Positions 50,725-63,485 are shown, numbered from the whole stretch's first letter. The stretch is DNA of 63,485 nucleotides, filler included, from Guillardia theta CCMP2712 (GCF_000315625.1; 3 parts of 3 records of this genome joined end to end with filler, not necessarily neighbours in it), one strand, 5' to 3'. Notes: a model not told the origin generated them from the letters alone. Numbers and translations: made by a program.

Positions 50725-53509
50725 ATGGTAGTCAAGACAAACATCGTCGTGGCACTTGATTGGACTCCAAACACTAATCACATCGGTGACATGTCCTTTC
50801 CTGATCCTCTCACTATGTCCGGAATCTCTCTGCTCTCATCCTCCCATTTCCTTGTTTTGCTGCCTTACTCCTCCTCGTCCCTCACTTCCCTTCCCTCCCT
50901 CGCCGTGTCCACTTTCCTCTTCGTCCTCCCTCCTCTTCTTCCTCTCTCCTCTTCTTCCTCTCTCCTCCTCTTCCTCTTTTCCTCTCTTCCTCTCTTCCTC
51001 TCTTCCTCTCTCCCGCTCTTCCTCTCTCCCGCTCTCCCTCTCACTCGCTTCTAAACTATCCGCAGGCATCTTTGTTGCTCAGTCCCTAGGGCTCTACGAC
51101 AAGGCCAACCTGCAGGCAGCGAGCTGTCGAGGGTCCAGGTAGCAACTGACGCCCATGTCCAGGTGGACGCGATCTCCCCGGATGCTGACTCTTACGCCAA
51201 GACGCCGAGGAGGAGGTAGTGCGTTGCTCCATGGTTGTGCTGAGACGACGATGATGTGTTCCTGTGGGAAGGGTCGAGGAGAGGACGGCGCACTTTGGGG
51301 TCTGCCCGTCGGAGACTGTTATCAGCTGCCATGCACATGGCGAAGGAGGGGCGGGAGCGTCGAGGATCGTGGCTGTGGCTGCGATCCTGCAGCAGCAAAC
51401 CTCGGCGATTGTCACATTGAAGGTGGGGAGAGGTTGAGGGAGAGAGAGGAGGCAGAGGAGAAGGGAGGAGAGGAAAGGGAGAGAAAGGGGAGAGAAGAAA
51501 GAAGGGAGATGAGGAGAGAAAGGGGAAACAGGAGATGTGAGGCGAGGAGAAAGGAGACAGAAGCTAAGGCGGCAGTGGCTGTGACGGTGATTGCTGTAAA
51601 GGAGAAAGGAAGGACAGTCTTTAGATTGAGACTTTTCAGGCGCTATCATTCTATTCGCCCTCCGACCTCCTCTTGATCAAGTTCTCTCTCCCTCTCCCTC
51701 GTGCTCTTCCTCGCCCTCGTGTCATTCTCGTCCTTCCTCTCCTCTCCTGCCCTGCCTTTCTCCTCCTCTTTCCTGCACTTCACTGATCTTCTCCTGCAGT
51801 CGAGTGGAGTGGACAGGCCTGCAAAGCTGGATGGACGGAAGTACGCGTCCTACGAAGGGAGATTCGGTGACAGGAAAGGATCTTTCACTCTTCCTCTGAT
51901 GTGCAGCTTGCAGAAATGGATATCGTGCGGCAGCTGATTTGCGATGATGGCGGGAAGGGAGAGGTAGACTCCGATCCTGTCCTCTCCTCTCTTGGGTCCT
52001 GTCTTGTCTATACCTCCCCTCTCTCCCACTCCCTCTCCCTCTCTCTCTTCCTCTCCCTCTCCCTCTCCCTCACCCTCGCCCCTCCTTTACTCTCTTAGCA
52101 GTTCTTTCAAAGCTCTACAGGTGGAGGAAGTGAGGCATGGTGAACATGGACTCGGAATCTTCAACACCCTTGTTCAACATCCTGAGGTCTTTCGCTTCCT
52201 CCTCCGCCTCCTCCTTTTTCCTTCCTCCTCCTCCTCCTACTACTACTACTACTTCTCCTCCTCTTCCTCCTCCTCTTCCTCCTACACCTCTTCCTCCTTC
52301 TCCTCCTCCTCCTTCTCCTCCTCAACTTTCGCCTCCTCCTCCTCCTCCTCCTCCTCCTCAACTTCTTCGTCCTCCTCAACTTCCTCCTACACCTCTTCCT
52401 CCTTCAATGTGAGCTTGTGCTTCAGGTCTACGACGCTACATGGGTTTTCATGCCGTGGGAAGGAGTGATTGCAAGACAGAGTGGCATCGAGCTTAACGTA
52501 GGAGAGAGGAGGAGGTGGAGGAACTTTCACCGAGGGATGGAGAGTGGAAGGAGACGAGGAAAGTGAGCAGGAACAGGAGGATGGAACTGTAAATATGAGA
52601 ATGAAAACAGCTGGGACGAGGACAAGGAGAAGAAGGGAGAGGAGGACAAGGACAGCGAGGAGGACAACGAAGGAGGAAGAGGAAGAGGAAGAGGAAGAGG
52701 AAGAGGAAGAGGGGCAGGGAGAGGAAGAGGGAAAGGGAGAGGAAGAGGGAAAGGGAGAGGAAGAGGAATGGGTCGCTCATCCTTTGGCAGGTTTTCGGTC
52801 TGGAGGATGTTCCCTACGGCTACACCCCCATCCTCATCTCTCATCTCGACACCCTCGCTGAGCTGGGAGAAGACGCTCGGCGTTTCCTCAAGGTCCTCCT
52901 CTCCCACCCCCCACTTACGAAACATTCTCACACCTCCCTCCTCCCTCCTCCCTCCNNNNNNNNNNNNNNNNNNNNNNNNNNNNNNNNNNNNNNNNNNNNN
53001 NNNNNNNNNNNNNNNNNNNNNNNNNNNNNNNNNNNNNNNNNNNNNNNNNNNNNNNACTTTACCTTCCTCCGTCCCTCCCTCCCTCCCTCCTCCCTCCTCC
53101 TCCTCCTCCTCCTCCTCCTCCTCCTCCCTCCTATTCGCCACGACAGCGTGGGGGGAGATGAAGCTGGAGAAATGGAAGGCTTTTACCGACTGGCTAGAGA
53201 GCAACAATATCATCAAAGGTAAGGAGATGGTAGACGGCCTGAAGGGGAGGTGGCGAGGTCGGAGAGGAACAGCAACAGGAGCAGAGAGGAGAAGAGGAAG
53301 AAGGGTTTGGGAAGGAGCAACAGAGCAGGAGAGGGAAAGAAAGCAGGAGAGAGGACTGAGGAGGTTGGGAAGGAGGAGACTGGGAAGTTTTGAATAGGAG
53401 AAGAGGAGGGAGAGGAGGGAGGGATGAGACTGATTCAGCTTCAGATCGAGAAGGAAAAACTCTCCCTGCTCCGGATCCAAAGCTTCTCTTCACCAACGAC
53501 TACCTGTAG
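50725..53509 (+). CDS. NMT1/THI5/SsuA-like (ThiY-type) pyrimidine-precursor binding protein; contains a gap
   Basis: IVVALDWTPNTNHIG|IFVAQSLGLY, ISPDADSYAKTP, VAVAAILQQQTSAIVTL, RPAKLDGRKYASYEGRF|EMDIV, DATWVFMPWEGV, VPYGYTPIL, WGEMKLEKWKAFTDWL and LFTNDYL*. Confidence 0.88.
52956..53055. other. Assembly gap (100 N) inside the THI5-like gene
   Basis: Run of 100 N. Confidence 0.95.
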
Positions 53510-53782
53510 GCTGTCGCACGATGTTTGACCAGAGAGAGTGAAGCAAGGTGTGTAAGAGAAGAGGGCAGGAAGGAGAGGAGGAGAGAAGGAGGAGAGTCAA
53601 TGTCAAGATCCGGAAGTAGATTCTTACACCCTCTACACTTCCATACACGTTCGACTGTTTTATTTTAACCACATCGTCTCAACTTGATAGCTCTCTATCC
53701 CTCTCCTCCCTACTCCTCCTCCTCCTCCATTCATTTCTTCTACTCCTTCCCCTCCTCTCCTCCTCCTCCATCTCTTCCTCCT

Positions 53783-54283
53783 CTAGGTCGGCTCGAGCTC
53801 CCCGAGGTAAATCTGTTCACGTCCAGTCAGGCAGGCGGAGGCTTCAGCGTCCCTCACCTTCTTGTCGGAGCTAGCGGATGCAATGATGGGTTCAAAGGGA
53901 TGAAAATCAACCTCGTTGACACATCCTGCGTGCCCCGGCAGCTTGTACCTGCCATGGCACCTCACCAACATGCTCGACGGCAGCACTCCTCCACTCACTG
54001 CAGCTTCCCGTGCTCTGCGTCCCACACATACACCATCTTGTCTGCACTGCCGGATCCGACGCGCGCGGCTGCTTCCTCGTCAGCATCCTCGTCCTCGGGG
54101 CACCCACTCACCGTCCGGGGACCAAGCGCATCGGATCAGATTCTTCTCGTAGTTGTGCATGTGACCTCCCATGACTAGCTTACAGCGCGATCCTTCGACG
54201 AAAGGACGAGTGTCCCACACTCTGACGCTGAGAGGAACGAGTGAGTGACCCCATGACAAACTCCCCTCCTGCTCCTGCTCCTA

Positions 54284-54370
<87 letters not shown>

Positions 54371-55362
54371 TGCCTCTTCCTGTCATTCCACCTCCCTTCT
54401 GATTCTCTCCTATCAATGCGCATCCCTATCTTTCTAATCTTCATCCTCCTCTCCCGAGGGCGAGCGCTTACGTGTTGTCCATGGCGTTGGACAAGAGCAT
54501 CTGACCGTCAGGACTCAACCGCAACCCTGTGAGAGTGTCGGTATGGCCAGACCTGCGCTCCCGTCACGACCACTCCAGCTCCTCCTCAGCATCCACGACA
54601 GAGATTGGCGCAGCAGCAGAAGCAGCAACAGCAGATGAAGTCAAAAAACACGATGGAAGAACTGTAGCACCAGCACCAGCACCAGCACCAGCACCAGCAC
54701 CAGCACCAGCACCAGCACCAGCACCAGCATGCTCGCAGAGCATTCAACTCACATTGTCAGCTCGATCTCTTCCTTTCGGAGGTCCCAGATCTTGATTTCG
54801 TTGTCGAGGCCACCCGAGAACACCCTGTTGCCGTCGTCGCTCAGCTCCACCGCCGTCACCTGAGCGACAGCATCAACAGCACAGCACAGGAACCCGAGCT
54901 CCTCCTCACCTGGTAGCTTTCCTCCAGCGACGTGACTGCGTTGCGGACTCTGGGGTCCCAAACTTTGATCGTACCGTCATCAGACGCACTGGCTCCGATC
55001 AGAACGCCACGGCGAGTGCAGCAGCAGGAGTTCACAAAGCTGCTATGACCGGAGAATTTCTTTATTCTCTTTCCAGTCTCCGCGTCCCAGAACATGACCA
55101 TCTGTCATCCAGGGAGAAAACTTCATCATCAAAGAGGACGACGAGAGCAGAGGAGCATATAACATAAGAAAGAGTAGAGGAGAAGGTGGAACCAATAAGA
55201 GCAGGGCAGGAGAACGAGCAAGAGCAGGAGCAGGAGCAGGAGCAAGATGACCACGGTTTTCTCTCCTCACCTTATCAGCTGCGCAAGACCACAAGTTACT
55301 CCCATCAAATGACCACTGCAGTTGCAAAACAGCCTGGAGCATGTGTCAGGAAGCCTGCGGAA

Positions 55363-55429
<67 letters not shown>

Positions 55430-55862
55430 AGAGTTCTGACCTGCTTGTGTCCCTTCAACACCCCATAATTCACGCAGTCTCCGTAGACCTCCCATAGGAA
55501 AATATCCTTGTCATGCCCTGCAGATGCAAGGTACTTCCCGGTGGGATCGAACCTTACAGTCAGAACCTGCGAGCTCGTCATTCAACGTAGGTGCATGTTC
55601 CACATATGATGCCATGATGACAAGACTGCAAGACACACGATCCTCCCCCGCCCTCCTCCCCCGCCGAGTACAAGCATCAACAGGAGAAGCCAACGGCAGG
55701 AAGCTCGTCACTACTCACCTCTCCGCCATGACCCTGAAGGAGCATGATGGGAGCAAGGAGGGCAGATGTTCTGTGCTCTTCCTTCTCATCTCCCTTGCTC
55801 TTCTTCGCCACCAGCGCATCCTCTCCCGTCGGGCTCCTAGGCCTTTTCGCTACCAGCGCCAT
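53783..55862 (-). CDS. SNRNP40: U5 snRNP 40 kDa WD40 protein
   Basis: RTSALLAPIMLLQGHGGE|V, LWEVYGDCVNYGVLKGHK, WDAETGKRIKKFSGHSSFVNSC, MLLSNAMDN, HNYEKNLIRCAWS, YKLPGHAGCVNEVDFHPFEPIIASASSDKK|IYLGELE. Confidence 0.95.
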
Positions 55863-56372
55863 GCCCCTCCTCGTGCCCTTTGACTACAGACCCGTTTATT
55901 CAAACCACCCCTTGCCGTTCTTTGCTGGTCGATGGCATTCAAGGTGCACGAAAGTATATATGTAGTCAAATTAAATAATTTGATCCTCGTACCTTTGTAG
56001 TGCAGGGATTGAAATAAGGGGTGGGGTAGTGATCCAATTTCACTATTTGGGCGGCTCTGGTCCTCTGACACGGATATAGTAAAGCGTAACCACAACAATG
56101 GATGATCACATGAAACGGTTCAACGGTTCTCAACCAATCTGTAACGTTCGGATCGAGGGGACAGCCCAGAGGGGGTAGTCTATTATGAAAAAGACAGGGG
56201 TGGGTGTCGAACATGAAGCAACGAAGCTTCAAAGGTGGGGGTCATTTCATGATGAAATTAGGGGTAGTTTTTGAACAAAGGGTTGTTGTACCCACCGGTT
56301 ATGTTGAATCAGACACGGATGCAGGATTAGATGGGGGTAGGGTTCTAGTTCACCCGAAATAGCTTAGGCGGC

Positions 56373-57778
56373 ATGGCAGAGCTGGTGGCGCCTGGCAGGC
56401 GATCGGAGGGCCGCCGATGGCGGGACGGCCTGGCAGCCATGGCGGCAGGATCTCTCCTTCTCCTCTTGGCTGCGAGCATGCACTCTAGCTCCTCCTCTTC
56501 CTCCTCCTCTGCTTCTGTTCTCTTGAGCCCCCTCGAGGTTGGACGGTATGCTGTTCGGGCTGAAAGGCAGAGCAAGGACTACGACGAGAAGGCGGAGAGA
56601 CAGATCGCCTTTGCCACTGACAGCGATAACTCGGCTACGAGCGAGAGAGAGCTTGCAGCCAAGGAAGAGAAGCGAGCAAGAGAGTCAGCCTACCTTGCAG
56701 CTGATATTAAGTCAAGGATCGACAAGATTCTTGAGGCTGGAAGGGACCAGGTGAAGTCTTTGCATCTTGCCGTGTTCTCTCATGCCTTCTATTTCTTGTT
56801 GTCGTTGTGTCCCTCCCCTTGAGTTGTGTCCTGATTGTGAGCTCCATAATTGTCACGATCCCCCCTTGTGTTGTTTTACCTGGTGTAGTTATTGCTCGTT
56901 TCTTATCCTGCACGACTTGTAGGTCAATCAAGCAACCAAGTTGAAGGCTAAAGCTGGAAGACTTCAGGAAGAGGCAGCAGAGATCCTCAAGAAGGCCTCG
57001 TTGGAGAAGGATGACGCCGGTTCCTTGAAAGAGAAGTATTACAAGACCATGGACACTTATGGAGAGGCCGTGAAGAAGATCGATTCAGCTACCCAGAACG
57101 CGCAGGCGATCCTTGACCAGATGAATGCTCAGTCACTCGTGCTCGCTCAGATCGCCACCGAGTATGGAGTCGCAACCGACCATGGAAAGAATCCCGATGC
57201 AAGCACCGCCGAGGCTCTCCGCTCCCAGCTCCTCCAGGCCCAGAAGGACCTTGCTGCCATCACAGCAAAGAAGGCGCAGGTGAGACATGCTGATACATGC
57301 TGCCCGAGCGTCCTGTGGGCTGATGTGAGCGATGCAGGCGAACGAGGACACGGCGACTGCTCGCAAGCTGGCTGACGAGTACCAGCCCATGATCATCCAG
57401 GCGGAGAAGGACAAGAGAGAGTCTGACTTCCACTTCCAGACCTTCGCTCAGCTCACGCATCAGGCTGATGTGCTGCAGAACAGAGCAGACGCGCTCCTGA
57501 AGCGTGCGGACAGCACTGATGGGCTCATCGACGTGACTCAGGAGAACCTGAAGAAGAAGCGGGAGCAGTTCGAGCACTACAAGAACCGTGCTCAGACTGA
57601 GATGGCGATCTCACTACAGGCTGAGGACAAGGAGGCTGAGCTGAGGAAGCAGGCGAGAGAGGCTCGACTTCGTGCCGCCAAGCTCTCCGATGAGGCGCGC
57701 AGACTTCGTGCTCTGGCGCAGAAGGGAGTCAACAATGTGCTCGCAAGTGCTAAGGAACCCGAGACGCAAGAATCGTGA
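56373..57778 (+). CDS. Hypothetical secreted/type-II membrane coiled-coil protein, 3 exons
   Basis: Hydrophobic N-terminal segment GLAAMAAGSLLLLLAAS followed by Ala/Lys/Glu/Gln-rich helical exons 56373-56750, ~56923-57279 and ~57338-57778 joined by GT-AG introns. Confidence 0.65.
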
Positions 57779-58054
57779 GCACAGACAATCGTCCGACGCG
57801 TTTTGTGTGACTTAGTCTCCTCATGCTTGTTTAAACGTGATGCTCTCAGCTATGATATTGTTTGGAGAGATGTGTTAAATAAACCGCCATTTCATGAAGA
57901 TCGCCCTTACTACATTTCAACTCTACCTCCCCCTGTTCATGATTGTCTCTTCTATGTAACATGAAACCTCACACCAAACCTTGTCGCGTCCTCATCGCCT
58001 GCAATTCTTCCCTCAATGATCCCCGTCCTGGCGACGCTGAGCCCTGCCGATCCG

Positions 58055-60463
58055 TTACAATCCCTCATCAACATCCAACTCGCTTACCATCCCCGTCCAT
58101 CCCGCTAGCCTCTGTTGCTCTCCTCCGTTAACCATCGGAAGTGAGAAAGCAGAGCCTGATCCCCTGCTCGCAAAGAGAGGAGGAGAAGCAAAGGCTCCCA
58201 ATCCCGGCAGACTCTTCAGAGCAAGCTTTGGCTGCATCGCCTGCCCTTGGTGGAGAATCGGGGAGGAGTAGAGCCCGCAGCGAGCGACCGAGCTCGCCAG
58301 CATGTCCTCCATGTCGGTAGCAAACGACTGGACCTGGGCTTCGGCATAGTCCTCGACGAGCTTCATGTCCGAGTCAGACAGCATGTTCCCCACCTGCACG
58401 CCCTGAGAGCGGTAGACTGCCATCTTCGTCTCGAAGCGCGACACCAAGTGATCCACCAGCTGACAGTTGCCCCCCGCAAATTCCAGGTCGCGCGTCAGGT
58501 GCTGCATCAGGACAATCACCGAGTCCACCAGCTCCTTCGCTCGCTTCAGGGGAGACAGCGAGTAGCTGCTGCCAGCGAACATGTCGGGCGACTCCTCGTC
58601 ATAGGGGGCCGAGTAGTCCAGGTCGTCAGGAGAGGAGAGGTGGGCACGACGCCATGGCGGAAGTGAGTAAGGGGAGAAGTCGCTAGCGTCTCGCCAGTTG
58701 TAGGTCGTCCATGCCGGAGCATCTGTCAGAGCTTTCAGCTTCAGCCTTCACCGTCAACCTCCTCCTCACCAGGGTCTCCGCGGATGACATCGCCTCCTTT
58801 AACCTGCCCCGAGTATCTCGCGAACTCTCGAGCATAGCGAGCATACCGCAGCGCCAAAATGCCAGCCTGTAGAGATCTCTGCTCCCCCATCATCGCACCA
58901 CTCGATGCTGATGCCGCGCGCTCAGCCTCCTCGTGCGCTCTGGCCTCCCACTGCGCCGCCATCCAGGCTTCCTGGCGGGATTTCTGCAAGCAAGAGTTGA
59001 GCAGACAGGACGGCAGGGAAGAGAGTGAGAACCTTCAAGTTCTTCTTCACCTCAGCCTCCTCCTTGCGGATCCTCGCTGCAGTGCCATGGGCATCGGTCT
59101 CATCCAAGTGCATCTCCTTCATCACGGCTGCTGAGGCCTGCGGGTGCTTTCAACTCAACTCGAGCAAGTTTGTGAGAGGTACAAGACTGACCTTTCTCAC
59201 GGCCTTCTGATCATGGAAGATGTTGTTCAGATATCTAGCAACTGCTTGAGAAGCAGTGGTAACGAATCCCGCGTCTTGCGCCACAGCTTTCGCAGCATGA
59301 GTGTTATAGTCGACAATCTGACTGCTCTGCTGGAGAGCAGCTCGCATCGCGTCTCTTGCTTCGGCAGTTAACTTTGCTGCCTCGACTATGCGATCTGCAT
59401 CCTTCTCTGCTTGCTTTGCTATGTCACCAACCTGCCCAGCAACATGCTGCGTATAGCCCAGAGCATGCTCGGCTGCGTCAGCAGCGTCGCGGGTGGTTCT
59501 GGCAGCTTCTATGCCGGCTTCAACACTCCTGAGATGTCGGTGGACGAGAGCCTTGAGGTCCCTGAGGATGTCTGAGTCCAGACTATCTGTACTGTTTCCA
59601 TCCGGCATCAGCGAACTGATGTTCAGATCCAGCGCGGCCTGCGAGACGTTTCCTTGTGAGGCCCCTTGTTTGAGTTGCCCCCATGCTTGTTGGTAGATCT
59701 TCTGGTTGAGGTTGGCGATCTGATCATTCTGAGAACCGGCAGATGACTGTGAAAAGATTCTGTTCGCAAGATCCTTGAAGCCATTTTTCTGCTAAAACCG
59801 ATCAGTCAGCACGAGTTGATGAATGTCAACATCATCGTTTCCATAGCAGTCCACACGCTGCACATCACACCCCATTCTCACCTGTGCAAGTTTTGGAGAA
59901 GTCAACAAGGATGACTTGATGGCCGCTTTCTTCTGCTGCGGCTTAACGATCTTCTCTACATTCATGATTCTCTTAACGAGGTCATCCCTTGCCGCATCCA
60001 TATGAGACATCTGGATTAAAGCTGTCATGTCGGTTCTACATTACTCTTTAGCATTGATGTCTGACCTCCTTCGACAGTTCCTTCTCTATCACTTTCACTT
60101 TTCCTTGCAAGAAGTCAACCTTGCCCTTAGCTTTGTCATACTTGAGCTTGCTCGTCTGCAAAAGGTTCAGGACGTTGCGAGTAAGAACAACAGCAAAACC
60201 TTCAAAGCAATCGCTGTTTGGGCATCCTTTTGAAAATTTGACGCTTTGCTTGACTGGAGCAATGACCGCTCTCCAGGCGGGAAAATATTTAAGGCACAGT
60301 ACAAGCAAATGCATAACATCGTTGATCCAACAAGAATCATCCGCCATGGCCTCTGTCAGGATCGTTACGAACATGCCAAGGGAAGATTGTGCAAAGATGC
60401 CTTGAATGAGATCTTCGCAACTCCCCCCTCATGCGAGTTGATACCATACTCGGAGACCGTCAT
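58055..60463 (-). CDS. Hypothetical multi-exon type-II membrane coiled-coil protein
   Basis: Inferred start MTVSEYGINS..., TM (MILVGSTMLCICLYCALNIF) and ERSLLQ, followed by helical exons at 59880-60030, 59190-59790, 58770-59135 and 58055-58720. Confidence 0.55.
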
Positions 60464-62007
60464 GGAGGGATCAATGCCAGCTCTGGAACAAGACAGTCAG
60501 GGACAGAAAATTTGAGAAGTACACTTCAAATCATTCCAAGTGAGAGGCTCTTTTTGAAACATATCAATTGCCAAATGGAAATCATTCATCATGAGAGATA
60601 GAATAAATTTTCAATGCTACTCTTCTTCGTGTCATCAGAGAAGAATGAGAATTCACAATTCTCTGTGTTAAGGTACCATTACTGCTCATGGAAAAATATG
60701 CACTATCGTAACAAAACTGCATTCAGCTCTTCAAGAGCGAACTTTCTTCAGCGTTCACATGTTCATTGATGCGCAGGCAATCTTTTAGCCTCCACCATCA
60801 CACCATAACTCCCATCACTCGCGTACCTCCTTGCGGCTTCGTTCGTCTCCCCCATTGCCAAGGGGGAGCTACCGCAAATAGAGGTGATTGCCGATTATAG
60901 ATTATAGATAATTCTTCTACTAAATATCATAATTCTACACCCGGAGTCCGCCCGTGCCGCTGGGCCGGGTCGCCGGGTCGCCGGGTCCGCCGGCCGCCGG
61001 GCCCCCGCTCTGTCTCCGAGGAGGCTCCGCCGCGCGGGCCCACTCGCCGGACCGGGCGGCGCCACGGCAGCCGCGAGCGGGCCGAGCTTCACGTTAACTG
61101 AGCTGCTACTGACTCAGTGAGTCACTCGGACTAGCCGCGGCGCGCTGACTCACAGAGTCAGCAGCGGGCCGCAGAGAGTCCGGCGCTGGCACCGGCCGGC
61201 CGCCCGGCCGCCGGAAGTATCGGGATAGGAACTTGAAGATAACTGAGAGACCGGGAAGGCCGATAGAAGAAAGGAAAAAGTTTACTAAGAGCATGATAGC
61301 GAGAAAGGAGAGTGACTCTGTGAGAAGAGAGAGAATGAGAAGAGAAAGAAAGAGAGACAAGCCTGAAGAGTGATGAAGAGAGAGAGGAAGACTGAGAGAG
61401 AGGAAGAGAGAGAGAGAGAGATAGAAGACAGGACCCCATGCTTATATACTAGCGCAGAACCAGGGGTAATGTCCGCCCCGAGGATGCGGAAGTTCCTCTG
61501 GTCATTCCATCGAATAGTCGGAATAGAGTACCGTACCGTTCCAGAACAGTTACGATTTCTCAGTTTAGGGCTCGGCAAGTCTGGGCTCTAATATAAGATC
61601 AATGTGATCCGTCACACCCGCACTGCAGTCAACTGACCGCGAATCTGCAGTGCTGAGACAATGCCGGATCATGACTGCTCAGTCGGCGAATCAGCCGCTG
61701 TGAGCCTGAGCCCGTTGGCCCATGTGAAAGTGACTCCTCTACGCGTCTACGTGGCTCAGCCGCCGCCGCACTGCCGCACTGAGTTTTATTGGCTTGAAAC
61801 GATAACAATCACCGGCCATCTTATTTGTGACTGATTTTCCCACCCGGGGACTCGGAAGCCTCAGTTACAGTAGGACTGGCGTGGGTGAAAAGCTGAGAGG
61901 ACTGTGGTTAGCAGAGTCAAGGAAACTGTCCGGTCCGACGGAAACCAACTGTCAAGGGAAGACGACCAGAAGCCTCTCCTCTAGGACCTCGCGCTGACGC
62001 CGCACCT

Positions 62008-62539
62008 TCAGTCCATCAACATGGTGTTGGGCACACCTGAAGCAGCCTTGGACGCTTCCAAGTGCAGAACGATCTCCTTGGCTTTCGCATAGTCGCCACT
62101 CTTGATGGATTCGTAGGCACTCTGCTTCATCTCCTCGAGGTTGCCCTCCCCAAAGTTCCTTCCGGCTGCATTGACAACCGCAGCACCCGAACGCTCTCCT
62201 TTCTTCGGGCCCATCAGCGTCATCCCACACAGCTCAATGAAGCAGGGATTTGGAGGAAACTGAATCAAGCTGTAGATGCAGCAGAACTTGTTGCTGTACA
62301 AGACGCATCCGTCCGGACCGAAGGGTTCGATGCAATCTCCAGTTCCAGTGGTCTTGTAGCAGCACATCTTTCCTTGAGTGTCGCAGAGGTGGGGCTCGGT
62401 GACACTGGTACATCCATATCCCTCGCAGCAACAGTACACCAAGAACACTCTGGAAGGCAAACAGTCAATGTGACGGACCGGGTGACAACGAATCTCACGT
62501 CTCGTCCAAAACCTTCAACGTACTTCCTGATTTCGCCAT
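62008..62539 (-). CDS. Small cysteine-rich hypothetical protein, 2 exons
   Basis: MAKSGSTLKVLDE, a ~50-nt GTGAG..CAG intron, then VFLVYCCCEGYGC...KMCCY...KFCCIYSLIQFPPNPCFIELCG...MLMD*. Confidence 0.65.
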
Positions 62540-63312
62540 GATTTGCTCCACTGCAACCACACCGAACAAGGTTAGTTGACCGCCACTTTCGCATCTCAAC
62601 TCTGCGTTCTTTTGTGTTATGACCATGTGAAGCAACAAAAATTCTAGGAAAGAAACTAGGAAAGAAACAGATTTCTCAAGGAATGAAAGGCATTCTACGT
62701 TCGTGGATGGAGGATGTCACTGTGTGAAGGTATTACACAAGAAATTACTTCCTCAAAACACACATGTGATTCAAACACTTCCAATACAACAGTCGTCGGG
62801 ATGGGACGTGGAAATTTTATGATCTCATGACGATGAACGATCGCCCGACAGAAAGTCAGGAGGGATCTTCAGCATGGGCAGTAATACAAAGATGTCTTCT
62901 CCGGCATGAGCAGGGATCAGTGACGATGTTGTCAGGAGATGCAATGCTGCGCAATCATGGTGGGGCGAGCGAAGGGCAGTCTGCCGGCGAAGCGGGGGGG
63001 GCCAATATATGAACTTCTGCCAAGGACAATGTTAACTTCACAGGGTGGGGGTGCTTGTCTTCGTAGTAACGACTAGATTTATTAGGCACGGTGGGGTACT
63101 GTGTAAGGTCAAAATGGGGGTTAGATGGTTGGTAATTTCGGTAGAAGGGGGTACAAGGGTACCGTAGAGGGTCGTAAATTTATCCGTAGTAAAACTTAAT
63201 AGTAATAATAGTTGGTAATAAAGTTAGTGATTGTAACAGTAATAATTACTAAAGACTTCGGTACTCATCAGTTGTTATATAAACCTTCAGCCAAAGGCTT
63301 TCGGGTCACTAC

Positions 63313-63431
63313 TCTTTACTCAAAGTTAAGTTAAAAATCAGTACGAGGACGATCAGGAGAATAGAGAAGAACCAACCGGGCCTAATCCTGATTGTCCTCG
63401 TACTGATTTTTAACTTAACTTTGAGTAAAGA
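63313..63431. repeat. Long inverted repeat (46-bp arms, 1 mismatch, 27-nt loop)
   Basis: 63313-63358 TCTTTACTCAAAGTTAAGTTAAAAATCAGTACGAGGACGATCAGGA is the reverse complement of 63386-63431 except for one position. Confidence 0.95.
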
Positions 63432-63485
63432 ATCCGGACCACTGCTGCGGCCGGGCCGCGACCGTACCCGGCGCTCGGCGGGCGC

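Overview
This is gene-dense eukaryotic nuclear DNA, not prokaryotic. It holds about 20 intron-rich protein-coding genes, mostly in divergent (head-to-head) pairs. Introns are either tiny (~45-60 nt) or expanded by microsatellites. Gene structure, composition and the cilium/microtubule genes (TMEM231, a CCP/AGBL tubulin deglutamylase, HAUS1) suggest a flagellated alga or protist, most like a cryptophyte (inference). Recognisable genes are an RNI-like LRR protein (partial), VAMP7-type R-SNARE, TVP18/Flower, VPS20/CHMP6, HAUS1, TMX-type thioredoxin, cytosolic carboxypeptidase, TAF2, a U-box/WD40 protein, TMEM231, a GT4-like glycosyltransferase, an MGAT2/GT16-like glycosyltransferase, an NMT1/THI5/ThiY-like protein and SNRNP40. 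Four observations stand out. (i) Two type-II membrane proteins are built from bacterial-style DUF4214-like helical repeats, one fused to a GnT-II (MGAT2) domain and lying next to a second glycosyltransferase. (ii) TAF2 has a long tail with a Tudor/Agenet-like module, an ELL-like winged helix and a 7x KSP repeat. (iii) Strand-oriented (T)ACCCC clusters lie upstream of genes. (iv) A 46-bp-stem hairpin sits at the window end. Three N gaps and two homopolymer frameshifts point to a draft assembly. All family calls come from motif recognition by eye, with no searches run. Exon boundaries are approximate.
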